51,381 nucleotides of DNA from Candidatus Omnitrophota bacterium. Lineage in GTDB: Bacteria; Omnitrophota; Gorgyraeia; JABMSB01. Below are positions 17,739 to 29,349 of the stretch, piece by piece; position 1 is the first letter of the stretch; every line of letters begins with the position of its first letter. The position numbers were made by a program, and so were the translations under genes. The stretch lies in contig JABMSB010000053.1 of the NCBI GenBank assembly GCA_013202205.1, forward strand, positions 67,290-118,670, in the 5' to 3' direction. Below the pieces are notes generated by a model. It was not told the DNA's origin, made no database searches, and worked only from the letters and a program-made list of their open reading frames with translations.

Positions 17739-18097
17739 AAGAAGAGAGAGAATACGTACGGCTCGATACAGCCAAGGATGTTAGATATAAGGTCCTTAGT
17801 GAAAAAGGGCACCTTGATTCAAAGTCTAAGAATATAAGCGCAGGCGGCATTCGGTTCTTTGCGAAAGAGTCACTAGAACCAAGGGGCATCCTTGATCTGG
17901 TGATTTACCTGGGCGAGGAGTACAAGCCGGTCATGGCTATGGGGGAGGTCGTCTGGTCTCGCAAGCTCGATAAGCCAATAGATTCTAAAGAGTACGAGAT
18001 AGGGGTAAAATTTACGGCTATAGATAAGAGCGACTCGACCAAGATAAACGAATTCGTCCATCGCGAGACGATAAAGAGGCGTAAAGGCAGCAGTTAG
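17735..18097 (+). CDS. PilZ domain protein, likely c-di-GMP receptor
   Basis: RxxxR (REYVR) and (D/N)xSxxG (NISAGG) motifs, plus GEVVW and GVKF. ATGA overlap with pilT. Confidence 0.88.
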   Translation: MKEEREYVRLDTAKDVRYKVLSEKGHLDSKSKNISAGGIRFFAKESLEPRGILDLVIYLGEEYKPVMAMGEVVWSRKLDKPIDSKEYEIGVKFTAIDKSDSTKINEFVHRETIKRRKGSS

Positions 18098-18157
18098 AAG
18101 TTTCTGGTTAGTCGTTGGCTAAAAAAGAAACATTTTAAAGGTCGTTAGTCTTAGAGA

Positions 18158-18189
18158 GAGCCACATTTTCGGTGTGGCTCATTTTATTT
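18158..18189 (+). terminator. Intrinsic terminator of the pilT-pilZ unit
   Basis: GAGCCACA stem, loop, TGTGGCTC, followed by ATTTTATTT. Confidence 0.7.
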
Positions 18190-18215
18190 GACATTATATT
18201 AAATTATGCTATAAT
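18188..18215 (+). promoter_or_regulatory. Sigma70-type promoter of the ilv operon
   Basis: TTGACA (18188-93), 16-nt spacer, TATAAT (18210-15) with a TGn extension. Confidence 0.75.
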
Positions 18216-18262
18216 TACCACCTATAGTATATATATCATATAAATAACAAAAGGGGAATATT

Positions 18263-19966
18263 ATGCGAAGCGACAAGATAAAGAGGGGTGTTGAGCGCGC
18301 CCCGCACAGGTCACTCCTATATGCGACAGGTTTATCCAAGAGCCAGATGGCCAAGCCCTTCATAGCCGTTGCAACCAGTACGACCGATATAATACCGGGC
18401 CATGCCGGCATGAGGCGTCTGGAGCGGTTTATCGAGAGGGGCATATGCGCCGGAGGCGGGGTGCCATTCTTCTTTGGCGTTCCCGGCATATGCGATGGGA
18501 TAGCCATGGGCCATCCCGGTATGAGATATTCTCTGCCTTCCCGTGAGCTCATAGCAGATATGGTTGAGACGATAGTCGGCGCACACTCCTTCGATGGCCT
18601 GATCTGTCTGACCAATTGTGACAAGATAACGCCGGGCATGATGATGGCGATTGCGCGATGCAACATACCATCGATCGTCGTTACGGCAGGTCCGATGCTT
18701 TCCGGAAGATATAAGGGTGAAAAACTCTCGCTTGTGCGTAATACGTTTGAGGCGATGGGTCGTTTCAAAAAAGGTGATATAGACCAGGCCGAACTCGCTG
18801 AATATGAGATCCGTTCATGCCCGGGCTGTGGATCCTGCCAGGGCCTCTATACAGCCAATACCATGAGTTGTCTCGTTGAGACTATGGGTATGAGTCTGCC
18901 CGGTTGCGCTACGGCGCTCGCTGTCTCTGCCCAAAAGGAGAGGATTACATATGATAGCGGTGAGAGGATAGTTGCATTGGCAAGGCAGAATGTCCTGCCG
19001 CACACCATCATGACCAGGGAATCGATTGAGAATGCGATATGCATGGATATGGCGCTTGGCGGCTCGACCAATACAGTTCTCCATCTTACGGCTATAGCAA
19101 ATGAGCTGGGTATTAAGCTGGATCTCGATACATTTGATAAGATAAGCAGGGAGACCCCCAACCTGACCAGTCTGCGTCCGGCCGGGGAACATTGCATGGA
19201 AGACCTCGATGAGGCCGGCGGCATACCCGCAATGCTTAAAGTCCTTCAGCCAAAGATTAAGGATACCCCCACTGTTTGCGGGAAGAGGGTGGTTCAGATA
19301 GGCCGCGAAGCCGATACTTACGGCGACGTTATAAAGCCGCTTAATAAGCCGCACTATCCCGAAGGCGGTATAGCCGTCCTATGGGGCAACCTTGCGCCGG
19401 ATGGGGCAGTTGTCAAACAGACGGCAGTCAATGAGAAGATGCGCAAATTCGCCGGCAAGGCGATTGTCTTCGATTCCGAAGAGAAGGCAATGAAGTCGAT
19501 AATGGCAGGCGATATCAAGAAAGGGAGCGTCATCGTCATACGCTATGAGGGGCCGAAGGGCGGACCGGGTATGCGCGAGATGTTATCACCCACTGCCAGT
19601 ATCGTCGGCATGGGCCTTGAGAACGAGGTTGCCCTGATAACGGATGGTAGATTTTCAGGTGGGACAAAAGGCCCTTGTATTGGCCACATATCTCCTGAGG
19701 CGGCCGAAGGCGGGACATTGGCCATTGTCCGCAATGGCGATACTATTACGATAGATATTGACAAGAGGAAGCTTGAGCTCCAATTGACTAAAGAAGAGAT
19801 CTCAAAGCGCATGGCAAAGTGGGAACCGCCTAAGCCAAAGGTCACAAAGGGGTATCTCGCCCGATATATGACTATGGTTACCTCTGCAAGCGAAGGGGCA
19901 GTCTTTAAGAAGGCTGAGGGGGCCTCAAAGAAGACATCCAAGGAAAAAGAGAAGACATTATTCTAA
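18263..19966 (+). CDS. ilvD: Dihydroxy-acid dehydratase
   Basis: [55 protein letters not shown] and TDGRFSGG motifs. Confidence 0.96.
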   Translation: MRSDKIKRGVERAPHRSLLYATGLSKSQMAKPFIAVATSTTDIIPGHAGMRRLERFIERGICAGGGVPFFFGVPGICDGIAMGHPGMRYSLPSRELIADMVETIVGAHSFDGLICLTNCDKITPGMMMAIARCNIPSIVVTAGPMLSGRYKGEKLSLVRNTFEAMGRFKKGDIDQAELAEYEIRSCPGCGSCQGLYTANTMSCLVETMGMSLPGCATALAVSAQKERITYDSGERIVALARQNVLPHTIMTRESIENAICMDMALGGSTNTVLHLTAIANELGIKLDLDTFDKISRETPNLTSLRPAGEHCMEDLDEAGGIPAMLKVLQPKIKDTPTVCGKRVVQIGREADTYGDVIKPLNKPHYPEGGIAVLWGNLAPDGAVVKQTAVNEKMRKFAGKAIVFDSEEKAMKSIMAGDIKKGSVIVIRYEGPKGGPGMREMLSPTASIVGMGLENEVALITDGRFSGGTKGPCIGHISPEAAEGGTLAIVRNGDTITIDIDKRKLELQLTKEEISKRMAKWEPPKPKVTKGYLARYMTMVTSASEGAVFKKAEGASKKTSKEKEKTLF

Positions 19967-20000
19967 GGTGACGATCTTAAAAAGGGTAAGGTGATTAAAG

Positions 20001-21674
20001 ATGAAGATGACCGGTGCTAAGATTTTAATCGAATCATTACGCAAAGAGAAGGTAGAGGTGATGTTCGGATATCCGGGTGGCGTGCTCTTGCCGCTATTTG
20101 ATGTCTTGTACGATTCGCCTATCAAGTTTATACTTACGCGGCACGAGCAGGGTGCGGCGCACGCAGCCGATGGATATGCGCGCGCAACCGGTAAGGTCGG
20201 AGTCTGTATAGCCACATCCGGCCCCGGCGCTACTAACCTCGTTACAGGTATAGCTACCGCCTATATGGATTCAGTCCCTATGGTGGCCATAACAGGCCAG
20301 GTCAAGACGCATTTAATAGGCAATGATGCCTTCCAGGAGGCTGATGTCACCGGGATAACACGCCCGATCACAAAACATAATTATCTTGTCAAGGATGTCA
20401 AGGACCTGGCAAAAATAATCAAGGAAGCGTTTCACATAGCCGCGACAGGACGGCCCGGGCCGGTCTTGATAGACCTCCCCGTCGATGTCCAGATGCAGGA
20501 GACGAAGTACCAATATCCTAAAGAGGTGTCTATACGTAGTTACAAGCCTACCTATAGGGGCCATCCGGGGCAGATCAAGCGAGCCGCTAAGCTTATAGAG
20601 ACGAGCAAGCGCCCTGTCCTGTATACCGGAGGTGGTATAATAATATCCGGCGCCCATAAGGAGCTTAAAATCCTGGCCGAGAAGTGCAAGATACCCGTTA
20701 CTACGACGCTGCTGGGCTTGGGCGGCTTCCCTGAGACAAATAAGTTATCACTGGGCATGCTTGGCATGCACGGGACCGTCTATGCCAATCACTCTATTAT
20801 GGAATCGGACCTGATAATAGCAGTGGGTGCCAGGTTTGACGATAGGGTGACGGGCAGGATAGATGCCTTTGCGCCGGAAGCCAAGGTTATACATATTGAC
20901 ATAGACCCTACAAGTCTTTCAAAGAATATAAGGGTCGATATACCCATAGTCGGTGATGCAAGGATGATTCTAAGTGAACTTGTGCAACGCATCAGAAAGG
21001 CGCCTGAAACCGCAGCGTGGCTTAAGCGCATTGGTGAATGGAAGAAGAGATCACCACTATTTTACAAAAGAGATAATAAGTTGAGGCCGCAATATGTGGT
21101 GGAGATGATCCATGAGGTCACGAAGGGCAAAGCGATAATAGCTACAGAGGTGGGCCAAAACCAGATGTGGGCAGCACAACATTATATTTATACAACGCCC
21201 CGTACATTTATCTCAAGCGGTGGCCTGGGTACCATGGGGTATGGTTTTCCCGCGGCCATAGGTGTGCAATTAGGCAAGCCTAAGGCAATAGTCTTTGATG
21301 TCGCCGGTGATGGTAGTATTCAGATGAATATACAGGAACTGACTACAGCGGTTGTCAATAAACTACCGGTAAAGATAGCCATATTGAATAATGGTTATCT
21401 TGGCATGGTCAGGCAGTGGCAGGAGCTCTTCTACAAGAAGAGATATGCCCATACCACGCTTGAAGGAAATCCCGATTTTGTTAAGGTGGCAGAGGCATAT
21501 GGCGCAGTCGGCATCAGGGTCAAAAAGAAAGCCGATGTGAAGTCTGCCCTCAAGAAGGCCCTTAAGATAAAAGGCCCGGTCGTGCTCGACTTTATAGTTG
21601 AAGGTGAGGAGAATGTCTTTCCGATGGTCCCGGCCGGTGAGGCAATAAACCGGATGATAGGCGGGATGGCGTAG
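20001..21674 (+). CDS. ilvB: Acetolactate synthase large subunit
   Basis: [35 protein letters not shown], and the GDGS...NN TPP motif. Confidence 0.95.
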   Translation: MKMTGAKILIESLRKEKVEVMFGYPGGVLLPLFDVLYDSPIKFILTRHEQGAAHAADGYARATGKVGVCIATSGPGATNLVTGIATAYMDSVPMVAITGQVKTHLIGNDAFQEADVTGITRPITKHNYLVKDVKDLAKIIKEAFHIAATGRPGPVLIDLPVDVQMQETKYQYPKEVSIRSYKPTYRGHPGQIKRAAKLIETSKRPVLYTGGGIIISGAHKELKILAEKCKIPVTTTLLGLGGFPETNKLSLGMLGMHGTVYANHSIMESDLIIAVGARFDDRVTGRIDAFAPEAKVIHIDIDPTSLSKNIRVDIPIVGDARMILSELVQRIRKAPETAAWLKRIGEWKKRSPLFYKRDNKLRPQYVVEMIHEVTKGKAIIATEVGQNQMWAAQHYIYTTPRTFISSGGLGTMGYGFPAAIGVQLGKPKAIVFDVAGDGSIQMNIQELTTAVVNKLPVKIAILNNGYLGMVRQWQELFYKKRYAHTTLEGNPDFVKVAEAYGAVGIRVKKKADVKSALKKALKIKGPVVLDFIVEGEENVFPMVPAGEAINRMIGGMA

Positions 21675-21746
21675 AGGCAGTGAATAGTTGATAGTGAAAG
21701 AAAAAGTAAAAGCAAAAAGTAAAAATAAAAACAAGGGCGGAAGATT

Positions 21747-22232
21747 ATGAAATATACATTATCTGTATTGGTTGAGAATAAGTCCGGCGTCTTAGCGCAC
21801 GTGGCAGGGTTATTTTCTGCCAGGGGATTCAATATAGATTCTCTGGCGGTGGGCGAGACAGAAGACCCGTCCATATCGCGTATGACGATAGTGGGTGAGG
21901 GCGATGAGCGTACGATGGACCAGGTAAAGAAGCAGCTCAACAAACTCATAGATGTGATAAAGATCTATGATCTGTCAAGAATACAGTTTATTGACAGGGA
22001 GCTTATGCTCATCAGGGTTGTCATTACGCCCAAAGACCGCGAAAGGGTAATAGATATAGTCGATTCGGTCAGGGGGGCATCTGTAGCTGATGTGGGAGAC
22101 CAGACGCTCACGGTTGAGGCGACAGGTGACCAGACGATGGTACATGCGCTTATAGAACTCCTTCGCCCGTTTGGGATAAAGGAGATTGTGCGCACAGGCA
22201 AGATAGCTATGGCTATAAATAATAAAAAATAG
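21747..22232 (+). CDS. ilvN: Acetolactate synthase small (ACT) subunit
   Basis: LSVLVENKSGVL...RGFNIDSL, KQLNKLIDV and EIVRTG motifs. Confidence 0.95.
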   Translation: MKYTLSVLVENKSGVLAHVAGLFSARGFNIDSLAVGETEDPSISRMTIVGEGDERTMDQVKKQLNKLIDVIKIYDLSRIQFIDRELMLIRVVITPKDRERVIDIVDSVRGASVADVGDQTLTVEATGDQTMVHALIELLRPFGIKEIVRTGKIAMAINNKK

Positions 22233-22269
22233 AATGCGCTTTAGTGCGTTTAAAAAGAGGAGATAGGTA

Positions 22270-23262
22270 ATGGCTAAGATGTACTATGACAAAGATGCGG
22301 ATTTGGGTATTCTAAAAGGAAAAAAGATAGCCATAATCGGGTATGGCATACAGGGCAGGGCGCAGGCGCTCAATTTGCGTGACAGCGGTTTGGATGTCTT
22401 AGTCAGTGAACTTCCCGGTACGCCAAATTACGAACAGGCCGTAAAGGATAAGTTCAAACCGGTCTCAGCAGAAGAGGCGGCAAAAGAGGCTGATATTATA
22501 CAGATACTGACGCAGGACCACGTCCAGGCCCAGGTGTATGACAAATTTATAGCGCCGAACCTGTCGAAAGGGAACGCATTGGTATTCTCACACGGGTTTA
22601 ATATACATTTTAAGCAGATAGTGCCGCCGGACGATATCGATGTCTTCATGGTCGCGCCAAAAGGGCCGGGGAGCCTTGTTCGGAAGATGTACGAAGAGGG
22701 CAAGGGTGTGCCGTGCCTTTTGGCCATATTTCAAGAGTGCACAGGAGATGCGGCCAAGATAGGCCTTGCCTATGCCAAGGGTATCGGCGGGACAAGGGCA
22801 GGCGTTATCGAGACGACCTTTAAGGAAGAGACAGAGACAGACCTCTTTGGCGAGCAGACCGTCCTCTGCGGCGGAGTCAGCGAGCTGATAAAGGCGGGAT
22901 TTGAGACGCTGGTCGACGCAGGTTATCAGCCTGAGATCGCATACTTTGAATGTCTGCACGAATTGAAGTTGATTACGGACATGATCTATCAGGTTGGGAT
23001 ACAGGGGATGCGCAAGCGAGTCTCTGATACGGCAGAATACGGTGATGTGACAAGAGGCGGTCGCATAGTCACTGCCGAGACGCGCAAGGAGATGAAGAAG
23101 ATCTTAGGTGAGATACAATCAGGTGAGTTTGCGCGTGAATGGATAGAGGAGAATAAGGCAGGACGCCCGAAATTTAAGGTCTTGCGGCAAAAAGACGATA
23201 ACCATAAAGTAGAGATAATCGGCAAGAAACTGAGAGAGATGATGCCATGGATGAAGAAATAA
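22270..23262 (+). CDS. ilvC: Ketol-acid reductoisomerase
   Basis: [34 protein letters not shown] and AYFECLHE motifs. Confidence 0.96.
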   Translation: MAKMYYDKDADLGILKGKKIAIIGYGIQGRAQALNLRDSGLDVLVSELPGTPNYEQAVKDKFKPVSAEEAAKEADIIQILTQDHVQAQVYDKFIAPNLSKGNALVFSHGFNIHFKQIVPPDDIDVFMVAPKGPGSLVRKMYEEGKGVPCLLAIFQECTGDAAKIGLAYAKGIGGTRAGVIETTFKEETETDLFGEQTVLCGGVSELIKAGFETLVDAGYQPEIAYFECLHELKLITDMIYQVGIQGMRKRVSDTAEYGDVTRGGRIVTAETRKEMKKILGEIQSGEFAREWIEENKAGRPKFKVLRQKDDNHKVEIIGKKLREMMPWMKK

Positions 23263-24770
23263 AGAAAGAAAAAATAATTATATTCGATACGACCTTGAGG
23301 GACGGGGAACAGTCTCCCGGCGCATCCTTAACGCAGAAGGCCAAGATCGAGATAGCCCATCAATTGAAGGCGCTGGGCGTAGATATAATAGAGGCCGGTT
23401 TCCCCGTATCTTCCAGGGGCGACTTTGAGGCGGTTAAGATGGTAGCCAAAGAGGTAAAGGGCCCTGTAATCTGTGGATTGGCGCGCTCACTAAAGAAGGA
23501 TATAGACGCTGCCAATCAGGCGCTCTCGCCGGCAAAGAGAAGACGTATACACGTATTTCTGGCTACGTCCAAGATACATATGAAATATAAATTGAAGAAG
23601 GCCGAGGAGGAGATACTGAGGCAGGCCGTATGGGCAGTAAAATACGCCAAGAAGAAATGCCCGGATGTCGAATTCTCACCTGAGGATGCAACGCGTACCG
23701 ATCCTCTGTTTTTGTATAGAGTGATAGAAGCGGTTATAGAGGCAGGGGCTACCACCGTCAATATACCCGATACGGTAGGTTATGCCATGCCGGAGGAATT
23801 CGAACGCCTAATCTCAGGCATTGTAAGGTCTGTGCCGAATATAGATAAGACAATACTGAGCGTACATTGCCATAATGATCTTGGCCTGGCAGTCGCTAAT
23901 TCGATAGCGGCTATAGTGAAAGGCGCAAGGCAAGTGGAGTGTACGGTCAACGGCATTGGTGAGCGCGCGGGAAATGCCTCCATGGAGGAGATAGTCATGG
24001 CGCTTGCGACGAGGGCGGACCTCTTCAATATAGAGACATCTGTTCGGACGAAGGAAATCATGAAAGCGAGCAGGCTCGTCTCCACATTGACAGGCATACC
24101 TGTGCAGCCAAACAAGGCGATCGTCGGAGGGAATGCCTTCAGCCATGAAGCCGGTATCCATCAAGACGGTATCCTGAAGAAACGTACAACTTATGAGATC
24201 ATGAAGCCGAGCGACGTCGGAGTCGGTGAGTCTCACCTTGTTTTGGGTAAACACTCAGGAAGGCATGCTTTTAAGGATCGGCTGAAGAAGCTAGGGTTTC
24301 ATCTTAAGGAGAAGGAGATCGATTCTGCCTTTGAGGAGTTCAAAGCCCTAGCTGACAAGAAGAAGGAGATCTTCGATGAGGATCTCGAGACTATTGTGGA
24401 AGGCCAGATAGCCGGCCTTAGGAAGAGATGTTTTAAGCTGGAAGAGGTCTATGTCGAGAGCGGCAATAAAGTAGTGCCAAAGGCGACGATAAAGCTGAAG
24501 ATCAAAGGAAAGATCATCACGCGATCCTCGACCGGAGACGGCCCTGTCGATGCCTGCTACAAGGCGATAGATAAGATGGTCCGTTTGCGCGGCAAACTTC
24601 TCGACTACCAGCTGCGTGCTGTGACGCGCGGTAAGGACGCGCTCGGTGAGGTATCTGTGAAGATGAAGGCCAAGGGTAAGATAGTAACAGGCCGGGGTGC
24701 TTCAACCGATATAATAGAGGCGAGCGCCTTAGCTTACATCAACGCACTCAACAGGCTGGCTGCTAAGTAA
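23247..24770 (+). CDS. leuA: 2-isopropylmalate synthase
   Basis: [32 protein letters not shown] and LGKHSGR motifs, plus a C-terminal regulatory domain (GDGPVDA, TDIIEAS). Confidence 0.94.
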   Translation: MDEEIKKEKIIIFDTTLRDGEQSPGASLTQKAKIEIAHQLKALGVDIIEAGFPVSSRGDFEAVKMVAKEVKGPVICGLARSLKKDIDAANQALSPAKRRRIHVFLATSKIHMKYKLKKAEEEILRQAVWAVKYAKKKCPDVEFSPEDATRTDPLFLYRVIEAVIEAGATTVNIPDTVGYAMPEEFERLISGIVRSVPNIDKTILSVHCHNDLGLAVANSIAAIVKGARQVECTVNGIGERAGNASMEEIVMALATRADLFNIETSVRTKEIMKASRLVSTLTGIPVQPNKAIVGGNAFSHEAGIHQDGILKKRTTYEIMKPSDVGVGESHLVLGKHSGRHAFKDRLKKLGFHLKEKEIDSAFEEFKALADKKKEIFDEDLETIVEGQIAGLRKRCFKLEEVYVESGNKVVPKATIKLKIKGKIITRSSTGDGPVDACYKAIDKMVRLRGKLLDYQLRAVTRGKDALGEVSVKMKAKGKIVTGRGASTDIIEASALAYINALNRLAAK

Positions 24771-24854
24771 TACAGTAACATATTGTTTGCAAAGAGGTTA
24801 GGATAAAGCCGAAGGTAAGGTCGGGGTGATCCCGACCTCGTCTCATAATACCTA

Positions 24855-25757
24855 GTGAAAGAGGGTAAATTGAAGAAAAGGTCTTCCGGATTTAAATTAT
24901 TTGGGTTAATAGGATATCCGGTCAAACATACATTTTCACCGGTGATGCAGAACGCTGCTTTTTGTGCTAAGGGCATAGACGGAATCTATCTGCCCATGGA
25001 AATTAAGCCGCAGGCGCTTACGAAGACGTTAAAGGAGTTTGTTGCCAAGTATATGGCAGGAGCCAATGTAACGATCCCTCATAAGGTTAGGGCTAAGGAA
25101 TATATCGCGCGGGTAGGCTCGCTTAGTATCGCGGCTAAGCGCATAGGCGCGGTCAACACCATAACTATAAAGAATGGAAGAATATTGGGCGACAATACAG
25201 ACGGCTTGGGTTTCTTAAAGTCCTTGAAAGAGGATCTATCTTTCGATCCCCGCAATAAGAGGATTGTCGTATTGGGTTCGGGTGGCGCAGCGCGCGCAAT
25301 AGTGATGAGCTTAGGCAAGAGACCTAAAAGGGTCACCATCTGTGATATATATCGTGCGCCGTTAAACAGGCTTAAAAAAGATTATATCAAACATTTCGGG
25401 TCCTCTCGCATAGAGGGTATTCATAATAGCAGCAAGAAGGGGAGATCCGAGCTTTGTGAAAGGATCATAGAGGCAGATCTGCTCGTCAATGCCACATCTG
25501 TGGGCATGAAACGGTCAGATCCCCTGATAGTAGATCCACGTTCTTTGCATAAGGATTTACGCGTCTACGATTGCATATACAATCCAGCGCGGACGAAGCT
25601 CTTAAAATGCGCTAGAGCAAAAGGTTTAAAGGCGACGAATGGTTCAGGGATGCTCTTATATCAGGGTGCGGCATCTTTTGGGATATGGACGGGAGTTCGC
25701 CCGCCGGTCAAAGTAATGCGCAAGGCTTTGACGCGAGAGATGAGGAGAAGGGCTTGA
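24855..25757 (+). CDS. aroE: Shikimate dehydrogenase
   Basis: GYPVKHTFSP, NVTIPHK, GAVNT, NTDG, GSGGAA, NATSVG and MLLYQG motifs. The start may instead be TTG at 24870. Confidence 0.93.
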   Translation: MKEGKLKKRSSGFKLFGLIGYPVKHTFSPVMQNAAFCAKGIDGIYLPMEIKPQALTKTLKEFVAKYMAGANVTIPHKVRAKEYIARVGSLSIAAKRIGAVNTITIKNGRILGDNTDGLGFLKSLKEDLSFDPRNKRIVVLGSGGAARAIVMSLGKRPKRVTICDIYRAPLNRLKKDYIKHFGSSRIEGIHNSSKKGRSELCERIIEADLLVNATSVGMKRSDPLIVDPRSLHKDLRVYDCIYNPARTKLLKCARAKGLKATNGSGMLLYQGAASFGIWTGVRPPVKVMRKALTREMRRRA

Positions 25758-25758
25758 T

Positions 25759-26541
25759 ATGGCAGTCGTTATGAACATTGTGGTCTTTTTGATCGGTTCG
25801 ATGGTAGGTAGCTTCTTCAATGTTTGTATTAGCCGCCTCCCCCGTGAGGAGTCTGTAGTAAGCCCGCGGTCACATTGCATGAATTGCGGGCATACAATAA
25901 ACTGGTATGACAATATACCCTTTATAAGCTACATCGCCCTGAGGGCGAGATGCCGTTATTGCGCTGCGCGGATCCCCATCAGGTATTTTATCGTCGAGCT
26001 GGTTACTGCACTAACTTTTTTAATACTATATCTTTATTTCGGGTTGAGCGCGCATTTTTTTGCCTTTCTTATTCTTCTCTCTCTTTTGATAGTGGCGACC
26101 TTTACCGATTTTGAGCATTTCATGATACCGGATATAGTAAGTTTTCTTGGGATAGGGGTGGGTTTGGCGCTGGCGCTCCTTTATCCATCGCTCCATCATA
26201 CAGCAGACCGGCTCCCTGCTTTATACCGGTCTTTGCTCGGCGCGCTTACGGGAGGGGGCTCGATATTCCTGATAGGTGTTATAGGTAAGTTGATTTTCAG
26301 AAAAGAGGCTATGGGTGGCGGCGATGTAAAGCTGATGGCGATGATAGGCACTTTCCTTGGTTGGCAGATGGTGCTCCTTGCGTTCTTCATAGCCCCATTC
26401 TTTGGATCGATCGTTGGCATAGTTGCCAAGTTTAAATATAAGAAAGAGATAATACCGTACGGGCCATACCTATCTATGGCCACCCTTGTAGTAATATTTT
26501 GGGGTGAACCTATTTTACGTTTCATTATCTTTCGATATTAG
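25759..26541 (+). CDS. pilD: Prepilin peptidase / N-methyltransferase
   Basis: GSFFNV, SHCMNC...CRYC zinc motif, DNIP, MGGGDVKL and IPYGPYL motifs. Confidence 0.93.
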   Translation: MAVVMNIVVFLIGSMVGSFFNVCISRLPREESVVSPRSHCMNCGHTINWYDNIPFISYIALRARCRYCAARIPIRYFIVELVTALTFLILYLYFGLSAHFFAFLILLSLLIVATFTDFEHFMIPDIVSFLGIGVGLALALLYPSLHHTADRLPALYRSLLGALTGGGSIFLIGVIGKLIFRKEAMGGGDVKLMAMIGTFLGWQMVLLAFFIAPFFGSIVGIVAKFKYKKEIIPYGPYLSMATLVVIFWGEPILRFIIFRY

Positions 26542-26573
26542 ATTTCGGACAAAAGGAAAAGGAGGGTTCTATC

Positions 26574-27698
26574 ATGTTGCGTTACCTGACGGCAGGAGAA
26601 TCGCATGGGGCGTCTTTAGTTGCTGTGTTGGAAGGCATGCCCGCCGGATTGAAGATTGCCAAGGAGCGGATAGATAGAGAGCTGAAACGTAGGATGCAAG
26701 GGTACGGCCGTGGCGATAGGATGAGGATAGAGTCCGATAAGGCCACTATACTCTCAGGCCTGCGCAAAGATGAGACTATCGGCAGCCCGATCACCTTAAT
26801 TATAGAGAACCGCGATAGTTCAATAGCGAACCTGCAACAAGTCCTTGGGCCGAGGCCCGGCCACGCGGATCTGGCAGGTGGCCAGAAGTATGATCGCGCC
26901 GACTTAAGGGATATCCTTGAGCGTTCAAGTGCCCGCGAGACTGCCGCGCGTGTAGGTGTAGGCGCTATATGCAAAACCTTCCTATCAGAATTCGATATAG
27001 ATATATTAAGCCACGTCGTTGTTCTGGGAGGGATAGAGGCGCATACCCGCAACCTGACATTTTCGCAGATTCGTAAAGATGCATCAGGGTCTGACCTCAA
27101 TTGCGCTGACAAGGCCGCGGCCAAGCTGATGCGTGCCGGTATAGACAAGGCACGGAAGTCCGGTGATACACTCGGTGGTATCTTCGAGATTATCGCAACC
27201 GGCCTGCCGCCGGGGTTGGGCAGCCACGTACAGCATGACCGCAAGCTCGACGCAGGATTGGCAGCTGCTCTCATGTCGATACAGTCGGCCAAAGGAGTTG
27301 AGATAGGGGCAGGTTTTAAGGCCGCAATCAGGCATGGTTCAAGGGTGCATGATGAGATATTCTATCTAAAGAGCAAGGGGTTCTTCAGGAAGACTAATAA
27401 TGCAGGCGGAATAGAGGGCGGCATATCTAACGGCGAGCCTATAACCATCAGAGTTGCTGTTAAGCCCATATCTACTCTGCGCAATCCGCTTAAGAGCGTA
27501 AATATAAAGACGAAACAGACGCAGAAAGCCTCGGTAGAGCGCTCGGACGTCTGTGTCGTACCGGCCGCGGGTGTGGTAGGTGAAGCGGTCACTGCTATTG
27601 AGCTGGCAGGGGCGATGCTGGAGAAGTTTGGTGGTGACAGTATAAAGGAGACGCTCAGAAACTACAACGGTTACCTGAAGCAACTAAAGAGTTACTAA
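26574..27698 (+). CDS. aroC: Chorismate synthase
   Basis: TAGESHG, RPGHAD, ERSSARET, NNAGGIEGGISNG, KPIST and ERSDVC motifs. Confidence 0.96.
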   Translation: MLRYLTAGESHGASLVAVLEGMPAGLKIAKERIDRELKRRMQGYGRGDRMRIESDKATILSGLRKDETIGSPITLIIENRDSSIANLQQVLGPRPGHADLAGGQKYDRADLRDILERSSARETAARVGVGAICKTFLSEFDIDILSHVVVLGGIEAHTRNLTFSQIRKDASGSDLNCADKAAAKLMRAGIDKARKSGDTLGGIFEIIATGLPPGLGSHVQHDRKLDAGLAAALMSIQSAKGVEIGAGFKAAIRHGSRVHDEIFYLKSKGFFRKTNNAGGIEGGISNGEPITIRVAVKPISTLRNPLKSVNIKTKQTQKASVERSDVCVVPAAGVVGEAVTAIELAGAMLEKFGGDSIKETLRNYNGYLKQLKSY

Positions 27699-27722
27699 TC
27701 TTAATAGCTCGATAAAGGTCTT

Positions 27723-28235
27723 GTGAAGAATATAGTACTCGTTGGATTCATGGGCACGGGAAAGAGTGTTGTGGCCAAAGAGGTGGCAAAGCGCCTCGGC
27801 AGGCAATATGTCTCCATGGATAAGATGATCGAAGATAAAGAGGGTAAGCCGATAAAGGAGATATTCGCGAAGGACGGAGAAGAGTATTTTCGCAAGATTG
27901 AGAAGGAGATAACGAAAGAGCTTTCTCACAAAGACGGTCTTGTAATAGATGCGGGAGGCGGGGTAGTGATCGACGACGAAAATGTCAGGAATTTAAAGTC
28001 ACACGGCACTATGGTATGTCTCTCTGCCAGCCCTGATGTGATATTGAGCCGGACGGCCCCTAGTAAAGATAGGCCGCTGCTAAATACGCCTGATCCCAAA
28101 AGGAGAATAGAGGAGCTCTTGGCTGCCCGAGCGGCCCATTACGCAAAGGCCGATTTTCACATCGACACATCCGACAAGAAGATCTCATATGTTATAGAGG
28201 AGGTTATAAGGATATCAAATGAAGCAGGAGACTAA
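27723..28235 (+). CDS. aroK: Shikimate kinase
   Basis: GFMGTGKS, GEEYFR, GGG and RPLL motifs. Confidence 0.94.
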   Translation: MKNIVLVGFMGTGKSVVAKEVAKRLGRQYVSMDKMIEDKEGKPIKEIFAKDGEEYFRKIEKEITKELSHKDGLVIDAGGGVVIDDENVRNLKSHGTMVCLSASPDVILSRTAPSKDRPLLNTPDPKRRIEELLAARAAHYAKADFHIDTSDKKISYVIEEVIRISNEAGD

Positions 28236-29328
28236 AGATCTAATATTGCTCAATATGATAGAGGGGTTTGGCTCTAGGACATTCCATGTGCTTATCCAAA
28301 AGTTTGGGGTGCCGTCAAATATACTCGGGGCCTCCGAGGCGGAACTCAAAAATTTAGAAGCCCTAAAAGGTGACCTGCACAAACGTATAAGCCGAGCCGC
28401 GTCGACTATAGACTTGCAGGCAGAGCTTGATCTTATAGAATCAGAAAAGGTCAGTATAGTCACCATATTTGATCAAGGTTATCCGGAGAATCTGAGACAG
28501 ATACCTGATGCGCCGATTGCGCTTTATGTCAAAGGCGAACTTTGTCGGGAGGATATTGTGGCTGTGGCGGTGATCGGCTCCCGTCGCGCTTCACAATATG
28601 GCCTCTCCGCGAGCGAATCGCTCTCAGCCGCTTTGGTTTCTTGCGGCCTGACAGTAGTAAGCGGCATGGCGCGTGGAATCGATTCGGCAGCGCACAAGGG
28701 CGCGCTTAAGGCAGGGGGAAGGACGATAGCTATTTTAGGCAGCGGCCTAGCCAATATATACCCGCCGGAGAATAAGGGCATGGCAGAGCGGATATCCGAG
28801 AACGGAGCCCTCATTAGCGAGTTTCCGATGCGGGCTGAGCCGAAAAGACAGAACTTTCCCATGCGAAACCGCATAATAAGCGGATTATCATTAGGGGTGG
28901 TGGTTGTTGAGGCGGCCAGGAGAAGTGGAGCGCTTATTACGGCTAATCTGGCGCTTGAACAAGGCAGGGAGGTCTTTGCGGTTCCGGGGAAGATAAATTC
29001 ACTGACGAGCACAGGGACCCATTCCCTGATAAAGCAGGGTGCCAAGCTCATAAATAATGTAGATGATATATTAGAAGAGCTCGCGCCGCAACTCGAATTT
29101 TTAAAGAAAGACCTGACAAAGATACCCGGCGGAACAAGGCCTTCAAATATTGCTATGACGTCGTTTGAGGAAAGATTGTATAAGTTGCTGTCGGATGAAC
29201 CTAAGCACATAGACAGGCTTAGTTCAGAATGCGATATAGCGCCGGGTGAGATGACGAACGCGCTAATGGGGTTACAGATCAAGGCGCTTGTAAAAGAGCT
29301 GCCGGGAAAAAATTACGTAGCTAGATAA
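28219..29328 (+). CDS. dprA: DNA-processing protein DprA/Smf
   Basis: YPENL, IGSR, VSGMARGID, FPMRNRIISGLS, SGALITA and GREVFAVPG motifs, plus a C-terminal winged helix. Confidence 0.95.
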   Translation: MKQETKDLILLNMIEGFGSRTFHVLIQKFGVPSNILGASEAELKNLEALKGDLHKRISRAASTIDLQAELDLIESEKVSIVTIFDQGYPENLRQIPDAPIALYVKGELCREDIVAVAVIGSRRASQYGLSASESLSAALVSCGLTVVSGMARGIDSAAHKGALKAGGRTIAILGSGLANIYPPENKGMAERISENGALISEFPMRAEPKRQNFPMRNRIISGLSLGVVVVEAARRSGALITANLALEQGREVFAVPGKINSLTSTGTHSLIKQGAKLINNVDDILEELAPQLEFLKKDLTKIPGGTRPSNIAMTSFEERLYKLLSDEPKHIDRLSSECDIAPGEMTNALMGLQIKALVKELPGKNYVAR

Positions 29329-29349
29329 TAACCTTTGGAGAGAAAAAAA

